The notes under the pieces: model-generated | What the model saw: the letters and a program-made list of their open reading frames with translations, nothing else | What the model was told of the DNA's origin: nothing | Database searches by the model: none | Shown: positions 55,401 to 64,000 of the stretch, one piece after another | Layout: each line of letters opens with the position of its first letter | Numbering within the stretch: the stretch's first letter is position 1 | Program-made: the position numbers and the translations under genes | Assembly (NCBI GenBank): GCA_963745745.1 | Contig: CAVUYS010000017.1 | Coordinates: 17,734-81,733, forward strand | Direction: 5' to 3' | DNA length: 64,000 nucleotides | From: an uncultured Spirochaetota bacterium | GTDB lineage: Bacteria > Spirochaetota > Spirochaetia > SZUA-6 > DRHE01

Positions 55401-58400
55401 AAGATGCGCGCCGGAGCGCGGGCCACCCCGTCCGTCCGGTCCCCGGGCCCGCCGTTGCCAAGCACGGTCACGATTTGGCCGGCCTCGTCCAGGTAGAGCA
55501 CCCGGCCGCGGTCGCCGAACAGGATGTCCGCGCCGGTCCCGCCGGTGATCTGATCCGCGTCCTGGCCGCCGAACACGATCAGCGGCAGGCTGGAGGCCGA
55601 TCCGTCGACGAAGTCCGCATCAGCCAGCCAGGGGAAGGACTGCCAGGGACCCTGGGTGTTGAGCACGAAGAACCCGTCCGTGGCCTCGTCCAGGGCCACG
55701 GTGACCCGGTCGTTGCCCAGACCGGTGTTCAAGGTGGTCACGGTGCGCACGCCGGGGCGCTGGTGGGTGCCGTCGATGGCGATGACCTCCGCGCCCCAGC
55801 CGCTCCACAGCGTGATCCCGTCGGCGAAGTTGCCCTCCGCATCGGCGCGGAAGCCGATCGGCGCCGGCGCCAGGCCAATGATCGAGATCTCGGCCAGGGG
55901 CAGGTCGGCTACCGGCTGGTCGGTGATGAAAACCGCGGCGTCCCCGGCCAGGGCCGCTTCGTCGCTCACCATGAGCAGGTGGCGGCCGGAGCCGGCGTCC
56001 AGGAACAGCGGGCCGAGCAGGCCGTCCAGGTTGCCTTCCAGGAAATCCGTTTCCGCGCCGCTGGCCAGATTCGAGACGTAGATCCGCTCGTCCCCGTCAT
56101 GCAGCCGGATGGAGGTGGCCGCCCGCGTGCCCTGCACGTTCAGCACGTCGGCCCCGGAGCCCAGGTCGAGGTTCAGGATTTCCAGGGCGGCGTAGCGGAT
56201 GCCCGCGGTGCGCAGCTCCGCGACCACCGGGGCGGTCAGACAGCGTCCGTCCACCTGCAGGAGCAGGGCGCCGGCCTGAGGCACGGTGCCGTAGTGCACC
56301 GTGAAGGTGTCGCCGCTGCGGGTGACGTTGATCCCCTCCGTGCCCAGGGCGTCGTTGAGCGCGGCCTGCACCGCCGCGGCCCCCGCGTCGAATCCCAGGG
56401 GACCGGTCCAGCTTCCGCCCAATCCCAGGCGCCAGGTGCCGGCCACGGCGTTCAGGGTGAAGGAGGCGCTGCCCTGGCCCTGCTGGACCTGGGAAACCCC
56501 GCTCACGCTCAGGGCCAGCCCCTGGCCCGCCGCTCCGGCCAGGATGCCCCGATAGCCGACCAGGAAGGCGTTTCCGATCGGCAGCACCGCCACGTCGTCG
56601 AAGCCGGCCGTCTCCAGCCCCGGCAGCGTGCGCAGGGCGTTCAGCAGGGCCAGCTCGACATCCGCGGCGCCCGCGCCCGCGCTCAGCGCGAAGGTGGCGC
56701 CGCCGACGGTGACCTCGTAGGTGCCGAAGGCCGCGTACAGGTCCAGCACCTGCTAGCGGTCCACGGGAGCGGGCTGGGCGACGAGGGCCGGCGCGGCGCC
56801 GGGGGCGGGATCCAGCTGGGCGGCATTCCCGCTCAGCGCCAGAGAGGCGGCCAGCAGCTGCTCATCCCCGCTGAAGGCAATGCGGAAGCAGTCCCCAGCC
56901 CGGTTGACGGTGACCTCCGTCACGTGCGGCAGACCCAGGGCCAGCAGGGCGATGCGGATTTCCGAGGCGCTGGCCCGCAGGGGGAGCGGCGCCGTGGTAA
57001 GGCCCCCAACGCTCAGGGTGAAGGTGCCGCCGGCCGCCCCCTGGATGCTCACGGTCCAGACCAGCGCTTCGGCCAGGTCCAGGCCGCTGAGGGTGGTGCC
57101 GGTCAGCCAGACCACGTCCGCGGTGGCGTCCCCGCCGTCGTTCACGTTCAGCGTGTCCAGCCCGGTCCCGCCGTCCACCACCAGCAGGCCGTCGAGGCGG
57201 TCCACCGCCTGATCGGCCGGCTCCCCCGCGTTGACGAGGTCATTGCCGGCTTCCATCCGCAGCAGGGTGGTCCCCGCGATGCTCTGCACGTCGATCTGGT
57301 CGGCGCCGGGCCCGGCGTACACTTCAGTGGCCCCAGCGTGCGTGGAAAGGATCAGCAGCCGGTCGTTCCCGGAGCCCAGGCGCAGGACCAGTTCCTCCAG
57401 GTCCTGGTAGCCGATCCCCTCCGGCCCCAGGCCCAGCCCGGCCAGAAGGCTCTCGCTGAGGCGTGCCCGTTGTGTCCGCCAGGCTGCCGGTGCTGTAGGC
57501 CCGCAGGGTGTCGACCTGCTCGCACTCCACCGCCTCCAGGTTGGGGTTGGCTTCCCCGACGAACAGGTCCGGATCGCTCTCCCCCAGGTACAGGACCGGT
57601 TCGGGGATTTCCTGCTCCTCCGTGGTTCCGCCGAAGAGCTGCAGCGCTCCCTGGATGCCCTCCAGCGTCCACGGGCTGCTCAATCCGAAACCGACCGGCC
57701 CGGAGCTCCCGCCCACCTCGATCGCGTCGCTGCCCAGGCCGCCGAAGACGCGTGTGACCGCCAGCGCGCTGGTGCCGAGCACCACGATGCGGTCATCCCC
57801 CTCCGCCGCGTCCAGGTCCAGGCTCTCCACCCCGGTGTAGGTCGCGGAGAGGCCGGCCCCGTACACGCCCTGGGCGGTGACCGCGAACAGGTCGGCGAAC
57901 TCCGTGCCGGTCACCACCTGCAGGTCCTGCCCTTCCCCGCCGTCGATGGCCAGCGGCCCGCTGGCCGCGTACAGGACGGAGTCCTCATCGCCGAGGCTCA
58001 GGGGATCGGCGGCCTGCGAGCCCTGCAGGGCGAAGAGGCGCACCGCGAAGCGGTCATCCCCCTGCTCGCCGTTCAGCTGCAGCGCGGCCCCGTTGTGGAA
58101 GACCGTGAAGCGGTCGTCGCCCGGCCCGCCGTTGAGGGTGGCGGCCTGGCTGGTCCCGGCGCTGAGCCAGCCGCGGGTGGTGGTGAGGGTGTCGATCTCA
58201 TCCCCCGCCGCTACCTGGGACCACTCGCGCGGAGACTGGAACAGCTGGCCCACCTGGAAGCGATCCGCTCCTTCGCCTCCGTAGATCGTGGTCGGGGCGC
58301 TGTTGTCGTCCAGGCTGAAGGTGTCGTCGCCGGCGCGCCCGTGGATGGCCAGGCCTTCCAGCGAGGCGTTGTAGTTCACCCGCTCCGCCGTGGGGCTCTG

Positions 58401-61400
58401 GCCGGGGATGGCCGCCGGCAGCAGGGCCAGGAACTCCGCCCGCAGCAGGAAATTGTCGCCCGCCAGCGGGTCGTCCGGCCCGTAGACCACCAGGTAATCC
58501 GCTCCGGCGTCGCTGCCGGTGTCGTCGACGTCGATGAGCGAAACCGGGGTCAGCGCGTCGAAAGGCTGGCCGGCCAGCCAGATCGTGTAGAGGTCCGCCC
58601 CGGCCTGGCCGTCCAGTTCCAGCAGCGCGCCCACCCCGTTTTCCCCATCCACGTTGACCAGCAGGTGGTCCGCGCCGCCTCCGCCTTCCACCCGCGTATA
58701 GCCGGCGATGCGGCGGATGTGGACCGTGTCCGCCCCCGGCCCGCCGTTCAGAAAGGTCGTGCCGGAATGGGTGCCTTCGACCGTGAACAGGTCGGCGCCG
58801 CCGCCCAGGGCGATTGCCAGCGACTCGAACCGCGCGTAGCCGATGGAGCCCGCCATGTCCAGGCCGCTGATCGTGCTGCCGGTGAGAACCCCGGCGTTGC
58901 CGTTCGTGTCGCCGCTGTCGTCGACGTTCAGCGCATCGGCGCCGTCCTGGCCGTCCAGGGTCAGCAGGGCGGAGATCCCGTCCACCACGCCGCCGGCGGC
59001 CGCGGCCAGGCTGCCCACGTTCACCGTGTCGTTCCCGGTCCCGGCCAGCACGGTGGTCGCCCCGGCGATGGTGCGCAGGTTGACCGTGTCCCCCCCGGCC
59101 CCGGCCGCGATCCAGCTGGACCCGGCGTGCGTGCTCAACACGGTGAGGGTGTCGGAGCCCGCGCCCAGCCAGAGGTTCAGGCTTTCGAACAGCGTGTAGC
59201 TGAGCGAGCCGGCCATGTCCAGCCCGCCGATGGCGCTCGCGCTGAGAGTGCCGGCGTTGTCGTTGGCGTCGCCGCTGTCGTCGAGGTTCAGGGTATCCGC
59301 GCCGTCCTGGCCGTTCACGGTGAGCAGCGCGGCGATCCCGTCCACCACCCCGGCCGCGGCCGGGGCCAGGCTGCCCACGTTCACGACGTCGTTGCCCGTC
59401 CCGCAGCCGATGGTAGTGGCCACGCCCAGGGACAGCAGGGCCATCACGTCGTCCCCGCCCAACAGGTACAGGGCGCTGGACTCGATCTGGGCGGTGACGG
59501 CCACCTCGCTGGCGGCCAGGCCCGCGGCCTGCAGGCTGAAGGTGGTCCAGCCGCCGGCCGCTGCGGCGGCGCCGCTGTCGGCCAGCTCGGAGGTGCGGAT
59601 CCCCAGGGCGTCGCTGCCGCCGGCCGCCGCGACCAGCACGCCGTTGCTGTAGAGGCTCTCCTCGTTCACCTCCACCCGGGCGCCGTCCAGGCCGCGCAGC
59701 TCCACCAGGTACTCGTCGTCGCCGCCCACGCCGTTGAGCCTGGCCAGGCCCGTCCAGGCGGTGACCGCCAGATCGGCCCCGTTCACGTTCACCACACCCG
59801 CGGCCGCCCCGACAGCGAACAGGGTGCCCGCCTGGCCGCCGCTCAGCCGGGCCTCCTCGAAGATGCCGCCGATGTTCTCGGCCACCGCGCTGGCGAAGCC
59901 GGCCAGCCGGCGCAGCTCGCCCCTGCCGGTGACATTTGCCACGCCCTCCACCAGCAGGTTGCCGTACAGGCCGAAGTCCCGGACGCCGGCCTCGATCAGC
60001 GTGTCGTAGCCGCCCGCGTCCTGGAAGGTGTCCAGCCCGCCCAGCCCGCTCAGGGTGTCGTTGCCCGCGCCGCCGTCGATGGTGTCGCCGATCGGCGTGC
60101 CGACGATCCGGTCGTTGCCGCCCTCCCCGTAGAAGGAAATCCGGGAGAAGGGGACCTGGGTTACGGCGAGGGAGCACAGCAGGTCGTCCCCGCCGCCGCC
60201 GTACAGGCTCAGGGTGTCCCCGTCCGCCGGATCGGCGCCCAGCAGGTTGAATACGCCGTAGCCGGTCCAGGTGGCCGTCATGCGCAGCGAACCGTCCTGG
60301 GTGAGGTTGGAGAGCTTCAGGACATCCGCCCCGGAGGTGAGCGTGATCTGCACGGCGTCCGCCGAGGCGTCGCTGCCCAGGTTGACGCTCACTTCGGCGA
60401 GCTCCGCCTGGCGGAGATTTCCGGTCAGGTAGAAGCGGTCGGCGCCGCCCTCGCCGTTCAGGGTCAGGCTGTCCAGGTGGGAGGCCAGCAGGTAGCCCAG
60501 CTCGGTGGAGCCGGAATAGCTGCTGATGCGGACCTGCGCCGCGCCCTCGGTCACCGCCCGCAGGTCGTCGGCGGAGGAGCCGCCGGTGATCTCCAGGCGG
60601 TCGTAGCCGGCGCCCCCGTCGAAGCTCTCGCCGGTGGCCAGGTTGCCCACGGATTCGCTGAGGGTGTCGTTGCCCGCGCCGCCGAGCACCGTGTCCCGGC
60701 CGCCGCGTCCCTGCAGGAGATCATTGCCGTCCCCGCCGTCCAGGCTGTCGTTGCCCGGACCGCCGGTGAGGGTGTCGTGGCCCGTGCCGCCATAGAGCGC
60801 GGCGGTTCCCGAACCCGAGTAGCTCAGGCTGTCGTTCCCGTCGCCGCCCTGCAGGTAGGGGGCGCCGACCAGCACGCCGGCCTGCACGTTCAGGGCGTCA
60901 TTCCCATCGCCGAAGTCCGCCCGGATCTCGGTGACCCCGTTGAAGGTTTCCGAAACCCCGAAGGCGGTGATGCGCAGGCTCTCCCCGGATGATGTCCCGC
61001 CCAGGTGGGTGATGGTGAAGCTCTCGTCCCGGGTGCCCGGCTGCTCGTTGCGGCTGCTGGCCCGCGGGCCCACGTTCAGCCACAGCACCCCGCCGCTCAG
61101 AGTGGCCAGGTTCGGCGGCGGCGGCGGGGTGACGGCCAGGGAGGAGGGCAGCTGGATGGTGGCCAGGTGGATGTCGAAGGAGAACAGCTTCTCCACCCAG
61201 GCCATGCTGGGCACCTCCACCTCCACCCACTCCTCGCAGGCCCCGAACCAGGAGAGGATCTCGCAGCCGATGCTGCCCAGCCAGTTCAGGATGGCGTACC
61301 CGGCCGCCGCGGCTGCATCGGCGGTCATGCGCACGACGCTCATGATCGTGTCCCAGACCCAGCCGGAGCCGCTGACGTGCAGGTCCAGGCTGACGCTCTG

Positions 61401-64000
61401 CCCCAGCACGCCGTACACGTCCAGGGAGGTGCTGACCCCCAGCAGCTCGATGTCGGCGAACCTGGCGCTGAAGCTGCCGCCGGCGTTGAAGTGGAAGGTG
61501 GTGCCGTTGAAGGAAGCATTCAGCCAGATGTCCCCCTGCACCCCGGTGCCGGCCCCATAGGAGGGCAGGCCCACGCCGCCGGCGAAATGCAGGTCGAAGT
61601 GGCCCTGGGAGTTCAAGGAACCCCAGCCGGAGATGGACATCATGCCGAACAGACTCGCGCTCAGCTTGCCGCTTTCGGGGATGCTGATCGACCAGGCGTT
61701 GCCGGAAACCGTCACCTTGATCCGCCCGCTCAGGCTGATGGCCCAGAGCACCGTCAGGCTGCCGCGCACGTCCAGGTAGAAGGAACGGGCCGGGATGGAG
61801 ACCGCGACGCCGTCCACGTTGCGGAAGGCGACCCAGCCGGTGGGTCCGTTGAAGCCGGCCAGGGAGCGGTTGGTGGTGTTGACCTGCAGCTTGCCGTCGA
61901 AATCGAAATCGAACAAGGTCAGGAGGTTCAGGTCGAAGGAGACCGCGGCGTCCAGCACGATCCCGTCGGAGAACACCCCGACGAAGGCGGAGGCGGCGAA
62001 GGACAGGGGGCCGACGGAGAAGGTGCCGGCGAAGTACAGCTGCAGCCCCGCGGCGTCCAGGCTGACGTAGCCGGTGGCGCTGGCCTGGGCGAAATTGATG
62101 AAGTTCAGCGTGCCGCTGAAGGCCACCCGGAAGCCGGGCTGGATGCCCATCACCTCGTCCCCGGTGGTGTTGACCTCGAACCAGGCCGAGCCGCCCACCG
62201 AGAAGCCGGCGGTCTGCATGCCGGCCTGCAGCGCCAGAGTGCCGGCCACCCCGGCCCCGGAAATCGACAGGGCGCCGGTCACGGCGATCGAGCCCAGGAA
62301 GCTCAGGCCCAGGTTGGCGCGGAAGTCCATCTGGAACTCGCTCGCTGTGGCGGCCAGCCGGAAGCTGCCGCTGAACTGCCAGAAGCCGGCGATGGTGAGC
62401 TGGCCCGCGAGGGTGGCGACGAGGTAGGGGCCGGCAGGAGCGTTCGTGCCGTCCAGCAGCGGCGCCCCGGCGGCCACCGTGTAGAGCATAAGGCCCGAGC
62501 CATCGCCCGCAGCAGCGAGGCGCGCACGCGCGGTCGCGCTCAGCAGAGGCAGGAAGGCGGCGGGGATGCGCACACTTTGAGCCCCGGAGGTGGTGTTGAA
62601 TATCAACCGGGCGCTGGCGCTGAGCGAGAACAGGCCGTCCAGGACGGAATCCTCGAGGATGCTCACACTCAGGTCGAGGTCACCGGCCACCCCGGCGGGG
62701 CCGATAAGCAGCACGCCCAGGGCGTGCATTTCGAAGAACGAGCCGGAAGGCCCGAAGGACAGCTCCCCGTTGGCGAAGACCTCCAGGCCCTGCGGGCTGG
62801 CGGAGATCGAGAACACGCCGCTCACCGACAGAACGTCGAAGACCTCCATCGCTCCGCCCACGGCCAGGTAGGCGTAAGGGCCGGCGGGCAGGGCCACGTT
62901 CACGTTGTTGATGTAGGCAACCGGCTGCAGGCCGGTGTTCAGCATGAACTCGAACACGCCGCTGAAGGAGAACAGGTCCTCGGCCACGGTATCGGTGGTC
63001 AGGGAGATGCGCGCCGCGATCCCCTGCGGGCCGATCAGCAGCCCCCCGAGCGCGGACACGGACAGCAGCTCCTGGGTGGCGACCAGGACCTTCAGGTCCG
63101 CCGTGGCGCTCATCGCCAGCCCGGCCGGGCTGACCGAGAGGGTGAAGTCCCCGTCCAGCAGGAAGCCGTTTCCTCCGGCCAGCGAGAGCTGCAGGATGCC
63201 GTCCACCTGGACGCGGGCATAAGGACCGGCGGGCAGGGCGACCGCCGTCCCATCGATTGTGGGCACCGCCTGTCCAGTGGTGTTCAACTCCAGCAGGAAG
63301 GTGCCCCCCAGGGTGAAGCCGGGTCCGCTGGCCCCTCCGCCCAGGCTGAGCTTGGCGGCGATGCCGTGCGAGGTGAGCAGCATCGCCCCATCGGCCGACA
63401 CGGAGAGCAGGCTGACGCCGCCGACCACGGCCACCAGCGTGGCATCCGCGGTCACCGCAATGCCGGCGGTGCCCGGATCCAGGGCGCCGGCCTCCAGCGC
63501 GAAGGAGCCGTCCAGGCGGAAGCCCGCCACCCCGCCCAGGATCAGCTGCAGGCTGCCGTCCACGGCGAGGCGCAGGTAGGGGCCGGCCGCCAGGTCCACG
63601 TCCACCCCCGCGATCGTGGGGACTTCCGCGCTGGTGGTGTTCACCGCCAGCTGGAAGTCGCCGCTGAAAGCGAAGGTGCCGGCGGTGGCCGAGCCGGTGG
63701 AGATGTCGATCAGGCCGGCGATCCCCTGATTGCTGATCAGCAGGGCGCCTACGGCATCCAGGCTGAAGAAGCGCTGGCCGCCGATGAGCACCTCCAGGAC
63801 GGAAGTCGTGGTGACGGTCGTGTAGGCGCCCGTGGTTTCGAGGCTGAAGGAGCCGGTCATCAGGAAGCCGTAGCCCGAGACCAGCTGCAGCAGCAGCGTG
63901 CCGCCGGCCGCCACCCGCACGTACGGCCCGGCGGGCAGCTCCAGCGAGAGCACTTCGGTCTCGAGCGTGTTGACCTGCACCAGGACACTAGCCGAAAGAA
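52426..64000 (-). CDS. Giant secreted repeat protein (>3850 aa, N-terminus beyond window): N-terminal about 110-aa tandem beta-rich repeats, central and C-terminal RTX-type calcium-binding nonapeptide repeats (GGxGxDxL/I); disrupted in this sequence at about 57323 (frameshift), about 56752 (in-frame TAG) and about 54480 (frameshift)
   Basis: ORFs 57324-63980, 56753-57322, 54203-56749 and 52426-54468 are contiguous pieces with the same repeat chemistry (..GGDGNDSLSYSGSGTAALYGGTGHDTLTGGPGNDSLDGGDGNDLLQG.., ..GGEGDDVLFGQRGNDTISGGDGADLLFGDGG..). Confidence 0.8.
61900..63980. repeat. Tandem about 330-bp (about 110-aa) coding repeats in the giant adhesin gene (unit motif ..LPAGPYxRxAVDGxLQLxLxGGxGFxLDGxFxLE..)
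   Basis: At least 4-5 copies recognisable in the translated ORF 57324-63980. Confidence 0.45.

Overview
This 64 kb window is high-GC (about 68-70%), bacterial, and gene-dense, with no rRNA, tRNA, CRISPR array or transposase detected. The content falls into five blocks.

(1) 1-5.3 kb: the 3' end of a CocE/NonD hydrolase, then a minus-strand envelope-glycan or lipid modification cluster (three NAD-dependent epimerases, a PAP2 phosphatase, GtrA-like membrane proteins).

(2) 5.3-23 kb: a methylamine / methylated-amino-acid neighbourhood. It holds a TolC N-terminal fragment abutting an MttB C-terminal remnant, a cytoplasmic molybdopterin oxidoreductase, MmgE/PrpD, a Dpp-type ABC importer, two non-pyrrolysine MttB paralogs flanking an M20 amidohydrolase, and a polar-amino-acid ABC importer.

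(3) 23-33 kb: a sigma54-type sugar ABC operon that also carries a URO-D/MtaA-like methyltransferase and DeoC. It lies beside an NtrC-family regulator and an unusual histidine kinase whose sensor is an ABC-transporter ATPase domain.

(4) 33-42.5 kb: IclR, a corrinoid protein, a non-pyrrolysine MtmB homolog, IorA, IorB and an ADP-forming acyl-CoA synthetase, then ArsR/AHSA1 and an aldose-epimerase-like gene.

(5) 42.5-64 kb: the most unusual part. An FHA protein and TolC lie divergent from a tight operon of HlyD, a large-cytoplasmic-domain HlyD, a peptidase-M50/HlyD fusion, a SecA motor-domain-only paralog and a small outer-membrane barrel. Next to it is a DUF3467-like gene and a giant RTX-repeat adhesin of more than 3850 aa that runs off the window. 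No HlyB-type ABC exporter is present in the window.

More than 15 genes carry apparent single-base frameshifts. I treat these as probable sequencing or assembly indels rather than pseudogenes. Stated coordinates are approximate to within 1-3 nt, and every frameshift position is an estimate from reading the translations.
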